A stretch of DNA of 64,000 nt. It comes from an uncultured Bacilli bacterium. Its GTDB lineage: Bacteria; Bacillota_I; Bacilli_A; RF39; UBA660. A program made the position numbers and the translations under genes. Location: the NCBI GenBank assembly GCA_934130545.1, contig CAKOYD010000001.1:138343-202342 (forward strand), written 5' to 3'. This document shows positions 48,318-60,925 of this stretch, one piece after another. The notes under the pieces are model-generated. The model was not told the origin of the DNA, ran no database searches, and saw nothing but the letters and a program-made list of their open reading frames with translations. Position 1 is the stretch's first letter. Every line of letters begins with the position of its first letter.

Positions 48318-49229
48318 TTACATTCTCTTAGAATTAACTAGTGGCTTTAATACCCTTGCTTTTAAATTAGGTAATTTAGTTATGGGAATACCTTCTTTTT
48401 TCTTAGTAGTAAACTCTAATAAATATTCTTCTAATGTTCTATCATTTATACTGTATAGTAATCTAAATATATATTCTTCATCATAATAATACAAATCATC
48501 GTAAGTTATATATCCATTATCTAGAGAATATTTAGTTATCCTAGCAAGTAGTTCCATCATATAATTATCTTCGTTAGAATGACAATATCTATCAATAGTA
48601 TTACTTAGTTCTACTACTTTACTAGCCACTTCATAATTAGTAAATCCTATCTCTTCCTTACCTTCTTCATTTATATATATTGCTATACTATTTAATATAT
48701 CTTTTATATCTCGTTTACCAATAATCTTAGTCCATCCTAGAGAATTTAGCATTATACCATCCAATCTGTCTGCACATAGTTTTGGCCTAGCATTATCCAC
48801 TAGACTATATTTTTTAAAATCAATTATCTCATTAGCACTAACACCGTCTTTTAACAAGCATTGTTTAAGATAATTATCAGATAGAACAATTCTTTCAGTA
48901 TATTCTTCAGTACTTTCTTGGTTAGCATAATCTTTATTCATATAATCAATAACATGAGAAAAACATGGTGTCCCTACATCATGAAATAGTCCAGCAAGAG
49001 TGGCTTTTCTATCAGATGATATCTTATATGTCAACAAAGCTGTTGTTAGAGAATGCGTATATCGGCTTATATAAGTACTGAAATTATATATATCTTTAGA
49101 AGCATAGTCCATTCCACAAAAGTATCCTATCTTCTTGAGTCTAATCAAACTTGGCGTATCTAAATATTTAACGAGAAAATCAGGCATATTAGCATAGCCA
49201 AGTAAATATAAGTAATAGTTTAAGTCCAT
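48318..49229 (-). CDS. HD-domain phosphohydrolase
   Basis: H...HD motif (LFHDVGTPCFSHVIDY). Confidence 0.6.
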   Translation of the reverse strand: MDLNYYLYLLGYANMPDFLVKYLDTPSLIRLKKIGYFCGMDYASKDIYNFSTYISRYTHSLTTALLTYKISSDRKATLAGLFHDVGTPCFSHVIDYMNKDYANQESTEEYTERIVLSDNYLKQCLLKDGVSANEIIDFKKYSLVDNARPKLCADRLDGIMLNSLGWTKIIGKRDIKDILNSIAIYINEEGKEEIGFTNYEVASKVVELSNTIDRYCHSNEDNYMMELLARITKYSLDNGYITYDDLYYYDEEYIFRLLYSINDRTLEEYLLEFTTKKKEGIPITKLPNLKARVLKPLVNSKRM

Positions 49230-49393
49230 AATACATTTCTCCTTTACTAATAATTTTTTATCTTATTATAGCATAAACTTTACTATATTAGGTAGACATT
49301 TATTTACAATAAATTTAAGTAAAATATTTTACATTTTTAATTTACATATTAGTTGATAGATGCTATACTTATGGTAGGAGGAGTGATTTATTT

Positions 49394-49849
49394 ATGTTTA
49401 ATATTGATAGTTCTTTTAATAATGTTGCACAAGCTGGTATTTGGTTTATCATCTCTATGGTAATTGCTATTATTGGTGGTATTTGTGTATACTATGTTTT
49501 ACTTACTAAGGAGAATTATGAGAAGTGTACAGGTTATACAAAGAAATTGTTTGATTTTGTTACTTTCAAGAAATTAATTTTAGAAGATATATTAAAGATT
49601 TTATATATAATTGTTGCTATTTATATTACTTTATCTTCATTAGGATTAATATCTACAAGTTTTGTTTTATTCTTAGTACAATTAGTATTTGGTAATATTA
49701 TTGCTAGAATTGGTTTTGAATTTTCTTTATTAATGATAACTATATGTAAGAATACTACGGAAATTAATGATAAGTTAAAACAAAATATAGTTTCTAAGAA
49801 GGAAGAAAAGAAAGAAACTAAAAAAGAAGAAAAGAAAGAAGATAAATAA
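49394..49849 (+). CDS. small membrane protein with a Lys/Glu-rich tail
   Basis: Three TM helices, and a KKEEKKETKKEEKKEDK tail. Confidence 0.45.
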   Translation: MFNIDSSFNNVAQAGIWFIISMVIAIIGGICVYYVLLTKENYEKCTGYTKKLFDFVTFKKLILEDILKILYIIVAIYITLSSLGLISTSFVLFLVQLVFGNIIARIGFEFSLLMITICKNTTEINDKLKQNIVSKKEEKKETKKEEKKEDK

Positions 49850-49883
49850 AAAAACTTTATATTAAAAACCAAGGGTTTATAAA

Positions 49884-51194
49884 TTATCCTTGGTTTTTGT
49901 TTGTTAATATATAGTCTTTTAGTTCGTTATATGGTAGTTTTAATTGTTCTGATGTAGTCATATCTTTGATAGTATACATATTTTCTTGAATTTCATCACT
50001 ACCTACTACTATAACATATTTAATATTTTCTTTACTTGCGTATTCAAAGCATTTTTTTAATTTACGATTATTCATTTCAACGATAACATTAATATTATTT
50101 TGGCGAAGATTTCTAGCTAACATCAATGATTCAACTTCAGTACCCATGGGAATGATATAGGCATCTATTAAATTATCAGAAGACATTTCATCTTTTATAA
50201 TCGTATATATAGGTTCTAGACCAAATGATAGTCCTACAGCAGGATAAATATTACCATCATCAATAAAGTCAGTAATTATTTTATCGTATCGACCACCACC
50301 ACCTAGAGAACAAGTTAATCTTTCTTTTTTATCAAAGAATTCAAATACTGTTGATGTATAGATACTTAATCCACGAGCTAATGTTGGAGTAAATGTAGTA
50401 TTATCTGATAAGTTTAATTTCTCAATATATGAAGATAATGTTTTTATTTCTTGGATAGCTTCACAAGCTACTACTCTTTCATCATTTTCATATGTTTCAA
50501 TATAATCAGTTAGTGATTTATTAAAGTTATCTAATAATTTATTAGCAGTTTCTTCATCTATTTCTATTTTAGATAGTTCTTTAATAAAGTCTTGTCTACT
50601 AATCTTCTCAATCTTATCAATAATACCAATTACTTCTTCTACTTTATCCTTAGAAATATTAGAGTCTTCAATTATTATACTCATTAATTTTCTATTATTC
50701 CATTTAATATTTATATCTATTCCTAATTTAGTAAATATATCAACAACCATTTGCATTTGTTCGGCTTCAATTACTTGACCACTTATGCCAACAACATCAA
50801 CATCACATTGATAGAACTCACGACATCTTCCAGTTTTAACTGGGCCATTTCTAAATACTTTACCTATTTCATATCTTTTTAATGGTAATCTTAAATCTTT
50901 TTGGTTAGCAATAAATTTACAGAATGGTATAGTTAAATCATATCTTAATCCTAGTCGTCTATTACCTTGGTCTGTTAGAGTATACATTTCATTTAATATT
51001 TCAGCGCCATCTTTATACTTATATGCTAGAATATCATAGTTATATAATACTGTTGAATCTAGTGGTTGATAATTATATTTTATAAATGTTTCTTTTAAGG
51101 TATCTGTTATTTTATTTCTTATTAATTGGTCTTTACCATAATAATCAGTAGTACCTTTTAAATTTTGAGTATTTATTTTCATAATACACCTCAC
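49884..51194 (-). CDS. hisS: histidine--tRNA ligase
   Basis: Class II aaRS motifs and a C-terminal anticodon-binding domain. ~420-aa body. Confidence 0.85.
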   Translation of the reverse strand: MRCIMKINTQNLKGTTDYYGKDQLIRNKITDTLKETFIKYNYQPLDSTVLYNYDILAYKYKDGAEILNEMYTLTDQGNRRLGLRYDLTIPFCKFIANQKDLRLPLKRYEIGKVFRNGPVKTGRCREFYQCDVDVVGISGQVIEAEQMQMVVDIFTKLGIDINIKWNNRKLMSIIIEDSNISKDKVEEVIGIIDKIEKISRQDFIKELSKIEIDEETANKLLDNFNKSLTDYIETYENDERVVACEAIQEIKTLSSYIEKLNLSDNTTFTPTLARGLSIYTSTVFEFFDKKERLTCSLGGGGRYDKIITDFIDDGNIYPAVGLSFGLEPIYTIIKDEMSSDNLIDAYIIPMGTEVESLMLARNLRQNNINVIVEMNNRKLKKCFEYASKENIKYVIVVGSDEIQENMYTIKDMTTSEQLKLPYNELKDYILTNKNQG

Positions 51195-51296
51195 TTAGTT
51201 AAGATTATACTATAAATTAGGTAGATATTCAATATTAGTATTTTAAGATATCTACTATTTTTATTATATATTTATTTATTAATAATATATTTTAGT

Positions 51297-51644
51297 ATGA
51301 ATAAGAGTATACAAATTAAGAATATTGATATTGAGAATATCATTTGGGTAATATATATAATTATTATTTTATTAGCACTTTTATCTAATTATTATGAGAA
51401 GAATAGTATTGTTAATAATAATTATCAAGATGGAATAGATAGTAAGAATATAAATATATTTATTTTTATAGTACTAGTAATTATATATCTTTATTTTTTA
51501 AATAATAGTTATAATCAATATAGAAATAATCCTAGTGACATAAATTATACTAACTTAATGGCTAATATTTTTAATGTTATTGGAGGTTTTATCTTTCTTT
51601 ATGTGGCAATAAATTCTGGTGTAGATAGTAATATTGATATATAA
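51297..51644 (+). CDS. small membrane protein
   Basis: Three TM helices. ORF only. Confidence 0.3.
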   Translation: MNKSIQIKNIDIENIIWVIYIIIILLALLSNYYEKNSIVNNNYQDGIDSKNINIFIFIVLVIIYLYFLNNSYNQYRNNPSDINYTNLMANIFNVIGGFIFLYVAINSGVDSNIDI

Positions 51645-51658
51645 AAAGAAAAGTATTG

Positions 51659-53266
51659 CTACTTTTCGATGTTAACGATAGTAATTATTTCTTCTTCTTC
51701 GAGATAAGATACTTTAATAGTATCACCATTTATTAAGAATGGTAATAAATCGCTAGTTGTTAATGATACTTTATATTTTTGATTGTTAGTATCCATAATA
51801 TAATAATAACTATTACCTTCGACTATACCCATACTAATATTCTTTATAGTTATTTCTTTAGTTTGTAATAATTCTTCGTTATAGTTAGTTGAATAACTTG
51901 CTAGATAGTTGGCTGCGGCTTTATTTATGCCTAGTGAAGCATCAGATACTACTACTTTTTGGTAGTCTGCTACATCGATAAAGGCATACATTTTAACTAA
52001 GCCAGCATTATCTTTTAAACTTACTAAATATGTTGGTTTACCATTTAAGTTAATTAGTAATGGGAAGGTTGATGTATATTTCATTTGTTGAACTTGTCCT
52101 TCAGCAGAGGCCATAGCAGAATATTCTTCAGCACCTGGTACTTTGTAATAGTTTGTTTCTTTGGTACGCATATTACATAGAATAAATCCTAGGTTAGATT
52201 CGTCTGATGATACTGATGTTATTCCAGTATATAGATATATATCATCATTTAGACTTATATAATTATAACCATCTGTTGTCATAATAACGCCTTTTTGAGA
52301 AAACAATGTATTGAAGAAGCCATTTTGATATTGACCCCAATCATCGACTTGTTCAATAATTAAACTTGCTGAGTAGATATGATCAACCCATGTTGGGATT
52401 TCTTCTAATTTATATTTTTTACTTTTACCCGTTATTGGGTCCAGTATAATGGCACCATTTATTTCTTTTTTGACACCGACTGCTTTATAGGATACGGTTG
52501 GCACTATCCAATATGGATTACCTTCATTATCTATTTCAAATGAGGCTGTGTCAAATATTTCTGTTGGGTGATTAAATCTTAGTTTACGATATAAGTTTTC
52601 ATTGAATAAGGCACTTGGCATATATTTCATACCTTTATCAAGTCTTATTAATTTAGCTTCACCATTGACAGAGTTAACTGTTATATAACCTTTTATTCCT
52701 TCTTTTCTATTAGAGAAGTATTTTATTATTGAGGCATATTCTAATGGTGTGACACGAATTATTTCATTGTTATAGTTTATTTGAGTATATAAATCACTAA
52801 CATAGAATTGACTTACCCAGTCAGACATTTGGCCCATTACACGATCACCTAGTTTTTGGCTAGAGGTTTTATCAAGTAATGGTAAAGTATTAAAATCTAC
52901 TTCTTTGATGCCTTCGGTAAATTCAATACTATCATTAATTGTTATTCTATTAGCATAACTTTTAGAGTTAAATAATGGTGATGCTATAAAATTAGCAATG
53001 ATAGTACCACCAATTATTACGAATATAGCAATTATACTTTTTGGAAATTCAATATTTCTTTTATGAAAAATATTAGTTATATTACTATATTTAAAGTTTA
53101 ATAATTTAAATACGCTAGTTATGTTGTAGACAATAATTAGTGCAATTATATAGGCCCAAAAGCCAAAGCTATGAATATTTATTGGAGGTAAAAATAGATA
53201 GTATGTTATCATAGCAAATACTAAAGTTAATATTATTCTTATTAATAAAATTTTATTATTTTTCAT
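51659..53266 (-). CDS. membrane-anchored protein with a large extracytoplasmic domain
   Basis: Three N-terminal TM helices then a ~430-aa soluble region. No family recognised. Confidence 0.4.
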   Translation of the reverse strand: MKNNKILLIRIILTLVFAMITYYLFLPPINIHSFGFWAYIIALIIVYNITSVFKLLNFKYSNITNIFHKRNIEFPKSIIAIFVIIGGTIIANFIASPLFNSKSYANRITINDSIEFTEGIKEVDFNTLPLLDKTSSQKLGDRVMGQMSDWVSQFYVSDLYTQINYNNEIIRVTPLEYASIIKYFSNRKEGIKGYITVNSVNGEAKLIRLDKGMKYMPSALFNENLYRKLRFNHPTEIFDTASFEIDNEGNPYWIVPTVSYKAVGVKKEINGAIILDPITGKSKKYKLEEIPTWVDHIYSASLIIEQVDDWGQYQNGFFNTLFSQKGVIMTTDGYNYISLNDDIYLYTGITSVSSDESNLGFILCNMRTKETNYYKVPGAEEYSAMASAEGQVQQMKYTSTFPLLINLNGKPTYLVSLKDNAGLVKMYAFIDVADYQKVVVSDASLGINKAAANYLASYSTNYNEELLQTKEITIKNISMGIVEGNSYYYIMDTNNQKYKVSLTTSDLLPFLINGDTIKVSYLEEEEIITIVNIEK

Positions 53267-53275
53267 ATTTCTCCT

Positions 53276-54931
53276 TTATCTTTCAAAATAACTGCCACCA
53301 ATAAATTCTCTTAAGATAGATACGCTTGGGACGTCTTTGCTTGGCATTGGTAAGACAAACTTTAATAGTTGTAATAGTCTTAGGGCAGTGTCATATTCAG
53401 GGTCATCTTCTTGGACAGTGAATAATAATGGTTCAGCATAAGTTTTTAAGACCGCTAATTCGTAGGCTAATGTTGAATTAAAGATAGTATCAGCTTCATC
53501 TTGGAATGGGAAGATATATTTTTCTTCACCTTTTCTAACGTCGGCCCATGATTTTAGAGTTTGGCTTGGAGAATATCCTCTGACACGATTATCTCTAACC
53601 ATTCTTCTTAATAATCTTAAGTCAGTCATACTAATTCTATTATCGTTATCGATATTTAAGAATGGTAACGGGCTTATATATATCTTATATTTATTTTTTC
53701 GTGGGATACTTTCTAATAAAGCATCATTTAAGCAGTGCAATCCTTCAATTATCAAGATATCTTTTTCTTCTAATTTAATAGCATTCTTAAATGTTTTCTT
53801 ACCTTTTACAAAGTCAAATGTTGGTGTTATTACTTTACTGCCTTTTAACATTTTAGATATTTGGTTATTAAATAATTTAGTATCGATGGCTCTTAAACTT
53901 TCAAAGTCGTAGTTACCATTTTCATCTAATGGTGTATCTTCTCTATCTAAGAAATAATCATCTAGTGATAAGGCTATTGGGTTTAAACCTAGAGTTTTTA
54001 GATATAGAGATAGTTTCCTTGCAGTTGTAGTTTTTCCTGATGATGATGGGCCAGACATAAGTACTATTTTGATGTCTTTACTTTTTTGCTTGATGGTTTC
54101 TGCTATTTTTAATAGTTTATAGTCTTGAATAGATTCTGATAAGTTAATTAATTCTCCTGGTTTAGTGTTAACTATTGAATCGTTTAAATCACCTAAGTTA
54201 TTAATATTTAATATTCTTCCCCACTCAGCATATTCTTCCAGAGAATTAAACAAGTTATCATGATGAGTATATTTAACTATTTTACCATTATTATATATAG
54301 ATGGATATCTTAAAACTATACCTTTACCTTCTAATAATGTTAAGTCAAAGTATTTTAAAACTCCTGAATCGTTTGGTAATAGTCCTAGAACATAGTGATA
54401 TGTATTTTCAAATTTATATAGAGTTATGTAGTTAGATTTGTTATAAAATAGTGTTTTAACTAAATCTTTTCTTTTAATATTTTTAAAGTATTCCGTAGCT
54501 TCTTGAATTGTCGTTTCAATCTTAGTAAATGGAATTTGTTTTGCTATTTTATCTTTCATAACTACTTTAATTAATTCTAATTTATCTTTAGTTATTTTTT
54601 TATCAATATCAATATATATTCCTTTATCTAATGAATGCCTTACTATTACTTTAGTATCTGCTCCTAAGACTTCATATACAGTCGTTTTAAAGACTATTGT
54701 TAAGGCTCTTTCATATGTTCTATTACCTAGGGAAGTATTTATATCAAATAATTCTAAAGTACCATTTTTAGTTAGAGAATCATTATAATTAATAAATTCG
54801 TTGCGATACTTTGCTATTAAGATATCAAAAGGTAAATCATTCTTTAAGTTTTCTAATACTTCATATAGTTTAATACCTTTTTTATATTCTAATTTTTTAC
54901 CATTTTGTAATGTTACTATTATGGTTTCCAT
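53276..54931 (-). CDS. TGS-like N-domain fused to a uridine kinase/phosphoribulokinase-family P-loop kinase
   Basis: LMSGPSSSGKTTTARKL P-loop in the C-terminal half, and a beta-grasp-like N-terminus. Confidence 0.5.
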   Translation of the reverse strand: METIIVTLQNGKKLEYKKGIKLYEVLENLKNDLPFDILIAKYRNEFINYNDSLTKNGTLELFDINTSLGNRTYERALTIVFKTTVYEVLGADTKVIVRHSLDKGIYIDIDKKITKDKLELIKVVMKDKIAKQIPFTKIETTIQEATEYFKNIKRKDLVKTLFYNKSNYITLYKFENTYHYVLGLLPNDSGVLKYFDLTLLEGKGIVLRYPSIYNNGKIVKYTHHDNLFNSLEEYAEWGRILNINNLGDLNDSIVNTKPGELINLSESIQDYKLLKIAETIKQKSKDIKIVLMSGPSSSGKTTTARKLSLYLKTLGLNPIALSLDDYFLDREDTPLDENGNYDFESLRAIDTKLFNNQISKMLKGSKVITPTFDFVKGKKTFKNAIKLEEKDILIIEGLHCLNDALLESIPRKNKYKIYISPLPFLNIDNDNRISMTDLRLLRRMVRDNRVRGYSPSQTLKSWADVRKGEEKYIFPFQDEADTIFNSTLAYELAVLKTYAEPLLFTVQEDDPEYDTALRLLQLLKFVLPMPSKDVPSVSILREFIGGSYFER

Positions 54932-55037
54932 GTTATCACTCCTCTTTACTCTATATCAATTATAACAATATTTATTTTAAATGTAAACTTTTTATTATAA
55001 AGGCATGAAAAAAAGAAATATAAAATTTCTTTTAGTC

Positions 55038-55511
55038 TTAATCAAGATTCTTAAATGTTTCTTGCATTTTAGTTGCTATGTCGTTATTGTCTAACATTAT
55101 TAAGATGATAACATTGTCTTTGCTTTCAACAATGACACTGCTTGCTTGTACACATATCCATTTAGCAGGATCTACTTTTTCTTTAATTTCTTGTTTAGTC
55201 TTTTCAATATCAACACCATCTTTTACTCTTACTACTACTACAGAGTGTGCTATAGAACTCATTTCTGGTTCAGAGGCTATTCCTTCTTCAAAATCTAGGG
55301 AATCTAGTCCTAAATAATATGATAAGTTTTCTTTTGTTAATTTTGTTTGAGTCATTTTTGGGCAATCTTCTCCAACCGGGGCATATACTTTAGATAAGAT
55401 TTCTTTTAGAGTATATGTTTGTTTTTGTCCTTTAGTTCCACAGGCAGTAATTGTTAGTAAAATGATAGTTAGTACTAAAAGTTTTGGTAATACTTTTTTC
55501 ATTATTTTCAT
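55038..55511 (-). CDS. lipoprotein
   Basis: Lipobox LTITAC after the signal peptide. Confidence 0.5.
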   Translation of the reverse strand: MKIMKKVLPKLLVLTIILLTITACGTKGQKQTYTLKEILSKVYAPVGEDCPKMTQTKLTKENLSYYLGLDSLDFEEGIASEPEMSSIAHSVVVVRVKDGVDIEKTKQEIKEKVDPAKWICVQASSVIVESKDNVIILIMLDNNDIATKMQETFKNLD

Positions 55512-55579
55512 CCTTTCTTGGTAGTTATACTACTTGAGTTAATTATAGCAAATATTTTTATTAAATGGTAGTGTATTTA

Positions 55580-56125
55580 TTACTTTTGGGATAATTGTAA
55601 TAGCTTTTTCATAGTGTTGGCGGTTCTTATAGTTATTTTGTTAGTTATACTAGTGCTAGCAGTTTTAATCCACCATGTTGATTTACGGTAATCTTTTAGA
55701 ACAAATGACCAAAATATAGTGTTGTGGTATTCTTCTATTTGATCAATATTTTCTTTAGGGCTACCTATTGTATTATAGACTTCTTCGTAAGTAGTTGGTG
55801 GTATTATAAAGATTAAGTTATCATATATTTCTTTATTAGTAGTACCCCACCATGATGGACTATTATTTAATATATCTTCTAGTTCAGGTACTGTCATGAT
55901 ATAGATTGGTATTTTTATATTAAAGTTAAATTCAATAATTTTAGATATGTTTTCTATTATTAATTCTTTATTATTTATGTTAGATTCAATAATGATATTA
56001 CCACTATTAAGATAAGTGGATACGTTTTGATAATTATTTTCTTCTAGTAATTGTTTTAGTTTAGGCATAGATACTTTGTTTTTGCCACTTATATTTACTC
56101 CTCTTAGTAATACAATATATTTCAT
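55580..56125 (-). CDS. DUF1697-like protein
   Basis: MKYIVLLRGVNISGKNKVSM... N-terminus is characteristic of this family. Confidence 0.5.
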   Translation of the reverse strand: MKYIVLLRGVNISGKNKVSMPKLKQLLEENNYQNVSTYLNSGNIIIESNINNKELIIENISKIIEFNFNIKIPIYIMTVPELEDILNNSPSWWGTTNKEIYDNLIFIIPPTTYEEVYNTIGSPKENIDQIEEYHNTIFWSFVLKDYRKSTWWIKTASTSITNKITIRTANTMKKLLQLSQK

Positions 56126-56127
56126 TT

Positions 56128-56625
56128 TTACTCCTTTATAGTTATTTTATCTTTAATTAAGAATAGTATTATAGGTCTTAAAAAGCCTAGTGATAGAACA
56201 GTTAGTACGGTTAAGATATCTCCATATTTATTTGTAGTACTTTTATATATTTTGTGAGAGATTATTGTGTTAAATGTAAATGATAATATTAAACTTACCA
56301 GAAGTATACAAAATGGAATAAGAGTTAGTTTTTGGTAGATGTAAAAGTATGCTGTTAGTGATATGTTAATAAAGTTTAAGATGGCTGTTAAGTAACCTAG
56401 CACTTTGTTCCCAGCAATAGTGCCTAGTAAGTATTTGTTATAGAATGGTATCCATGCAGTATATGGGTACTTATGGTTTAAATTTTTATTTATAGTTGTA
56501 ATAGTCATACTTTCAAATATATAACTTATTATCACATATATTACTGTTATTACTAGTAAGGATATATAGATAAGAAATATAAATGATAGTATGCTCATTA
56601 AGAATATGACACTAAGTCCGCCCAT
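56128..56625 (-). CDS. small membrane protein
   Basis: Four TM helices. ORF only. Confidence 0.35.
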   Translation of the reverse strand: MGGLSVIFLMSILSFIFLIYISLLVITVIYVIISYIFESMTITTINKNLNHKYPYTAWIPFYNKYLLGTIAGNKVLGYLTAILNFINISLTAYFYIYQKLTLIPFCILLVSLILSFTFNTIISHKIYKSTTNKYGDILTVLTVLSLGFLRPIILFLIKDKITIKE

Positions 56626-56701
56626 GTTAATCGCCTTCTTTTTATATGATTATAACATAAATATTAAAAAAATAGATATTTCTATCTATTAATATTCATT
56701 A

Positions 56702-56778
56702 TGGTAGCGACGGAGGGGGTCGAACCCACGACCTATCGGGTATGAACCGATCGCTCTAGCCAACTGAGCTACATCGCC
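56702..56778 (-). tRNA. tRNA-Met (anticodon CAT), CCA encoded
   Basis: Minus-strand cloverleaf folded by hand: 7-bp acceptor stem, D-arm GCTCAGTTGGCTAGAGC, a perfect 5-bp anticodon stem with loop TTCATAC, and T-arm GTGGG-TTCGACC-CCCTC. Resembles elongator tRNA-Met of Bacilli. Confidence 0.8.
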
Positions 56779-56836
56779 ATGAAAAGTAAGCAATATAATA
56801 GTAGCATACTTTTTCTAGTTTGACAATAGTTTTTTG

Positions 56837-58606
56837 TTATTTTGTTCTTCTAGCTTGGTATTTTTGCATATTTTCTAAAATATCATCTCTAATTTTTATA
56901 ATTTTTTTCAGTTCTTTAGTATCCTCTGTTTCCCATCCCATTTCTATATATGCTTTGGTATATTCATATTTTGTGCGGTTAAATTTACTTTTAAATTTTA
57001 CAATTAGGGAATTTAAGGCTTTAAAATTTTCTTTTCCTACTTCATTATATATAATATCAATATTACCATTTTTACGACTAGTTATTATTGCTTTTTTATA
57101 CTTTTGATAAAAATCATTTACTAAGAATAATGCTAATTCGTAGGTTGTACCATCCTTAATTTTAGATTCTTTAGGTGTGTTTAAAATATAATTTGAATTT
57201 TGATGCATACTTGTACATATTTCTTGAGATAGTAATTCATTGATTATTTCATTAAATAACTCATATGAGCGAAAGTTTCTTTGATGATCAATTGGCTTAG
57301 ATGAATCATAATTTTTTGTGATTTCTCCTTCTAAAACTTCCCAACCACCAATACATAAATAATTACTTGGAGTAACCTCTTTAAGAACTATTTCATAGAT
57401 GTGATTAAATTCATGAATTAGGATATTATCTAGGTATTCTTCACGACTCCCCATTGATATAAATAATAATTGCTTTAAGTGGTAGTTATTGCCATCATAA
57501 ACTAGATTTGGACAAGTAAATGTTGCATTTCGATGATATGCTCTAGCATTAAACCCATCTTCTCTATCTAATAAGTTTAGACTAGTTATTTCTTGACGAT
57601 ATTTGACATATTCAGGTAAACTTTCATAGTACTCAGTCATTAATTCATTTCTTATACTTTCACGACTAGTCTTTAAGTGGTTTACTAGTTCTTCTGTTGG
57701 AGTAGCAGATTTGGCCTCTTTATTCATTTTGCATCTTTGGTAATTTTCGCTAAGATTTATACCTAGATTTTTAAAATATGTAACTCTATCTTGAATAATA
57801 CTGCGTTTTTGCCATGAGTCATCTTTCTGAATTATAATTTCACTTTCACCGCTAAATGATTCAACTAATGGTGGAGAATTTAACGGATTAGTTCCGATAA
57901 AGTTTTTAATTCTTGGAGTTAAATCATCGTATGACATTTTTTTATTTAAAAAGTTTTCTAGTTCTTGGAATTCTTCTTTAGTAAAAATATCTTTTATTTC
58001 GTCAATATATTTTTTTAGATATTTGGTTTCTAATTTACTATATAAATCTTGGCATCTTACAATATAATCACGATATACTTTTGTTGATTCAAGGTATTTA
58101 TGATATTCTTCTTTTATTTTTTGATACGTCTCAACAACTTTATTTAACTCCTCATAACCACCCTTTTTTATATATTTTATTAAAACATCAGCATTAGTAT
58201 TCTTTCCAAAGTAATTTAATAATTTTTTTATTTTAGGATATGATATCTCACTAATATCATTATTTAAATATTTAATATATTCTTCAATTGGGGTTTCATT
58301 ATCAAATATTTCATGTTCTCCAAATAAAGATTCTAAAAATCTATGCTTTAAGTTTCTCGGAATTTTTAAATCTGCTAATAACTTTTCTTCTAAATAATCT
58401 TTTACTTTTTTGTCATTTTTCTCGATTATTTTTTCATAACTTTTAGGACTGCCATAGCTTACTATAAATACATTTTTAAACTTGTCTTCAATATAGTCTC
58501 GTTCTTCTTCACCATAGAAATTAACAAATGCTTCAATTATTTGGGAAAGCTTTTCTCTTATTATTATTGAGGCATTAAATCTTTGAGATATAGTTTCGGT
58601 AATCAT
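56837..58606 (-). CDS. hypothetical protein with HExxH zinc-metallopeptidase-like motif
   Basis: ILIHEFNHIYE. Overlaps the upstream 94-aa gene by 4 nt. Confidence 0.45.
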   Translation of the reverse strand: MITETISQRFNASIIIREKLSQIIEAFVNFYGEEERDYIEDKFKNVFIVSYGSPKSYEKIIEKNDKKVKDYLEEKLLADLKIPRNLKHRFLESLFGEHEIFDNETPIEEYIKYLNNDISEISYPKIKKLLNYFGKNTNADVLIKYIKKGGYEELNKVVETYQKIKEEYHKYLESTKVYRDYIVRCQDLYSKLETKYLKKYIDEIKDIFTKEEFQELENFLNKKMSYDDLTPRIKNFIGTNPLNSPPLVESFSGESEIIIQKDDSWQKRSIIQDRVTYFKNLGINLSENYQRCKMNKEAKSATPTEELVNHLKTSRESIRNELMTEYYESLPEYVKYRQEITSLNLLDREDGFNARAYHRNATFTCPNLVYDGNNYHLKQLLFISMGSREEYLDNILIHEFNHIYEIVLKEVTPSNYLCIGGWEVLEGEITKNYDSSKPIDHQRNFRSYELFNEIINELLSQEICTSMHQNSNYILNTPKESKIKDGTTYELALFLVNDFYQKYKKAIITSRKNGNIDIIYNEVGKENFKALNSLIVKFKSKFNRTKYEYTKAYIEMGWETEDTKELKKIIKIRDDILENMQKYQARRTK

Positions 58607-58887
58607 AATTCATTAATCCAACTTTCTAATTCGATGTAATTATCTTGAAGCATAGTACTGCCGGTAATTACTTCTTTGCTATCAATTATTATTCTAAACT
58701 TTTGGTCATCTAGTATTTTAGTACTATTACTATTTGACCAAGTTCTTATTATTCTTAGTAAACTATTTATTTGGTCTTCTGTCATTGTTTTTATTTTACC
58801 ATTAATATTTATTTGCATTTTTGTAATATCAATATAGATATTTCGTTCACTATTTAGATTAGTTATATTTATTTCAATACTATTCAC
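58603..58887 (-). CDS. hypothetical small protein
   Basis: ORF translationally coupled between ligA and the HExxH protein. Confidence 0.35.
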   Translation of the reverse strand: MNSIEINITNLNSERNIYIDITKMQININGKIKTMTEDQINSLLRIIRTWSNSNSTKILDDQKFRIIIDSKEVITGSTMLQDNYIELESWINEL

Positions 58888-58895
58888 TGTACCAC

Positions 58896-60908
<2,013 letters not shown>

Positions 60909-60925
60909 TTATATAATATTTATAT

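Noticed and set aside
55038-56701. tRNA-Met-adjacent region as a tRNA-targeted genomic island
   Set aside because: The three small genes 3' of the tRNA have no integrase and no flanking direct repeat of the tRNA 3' end.
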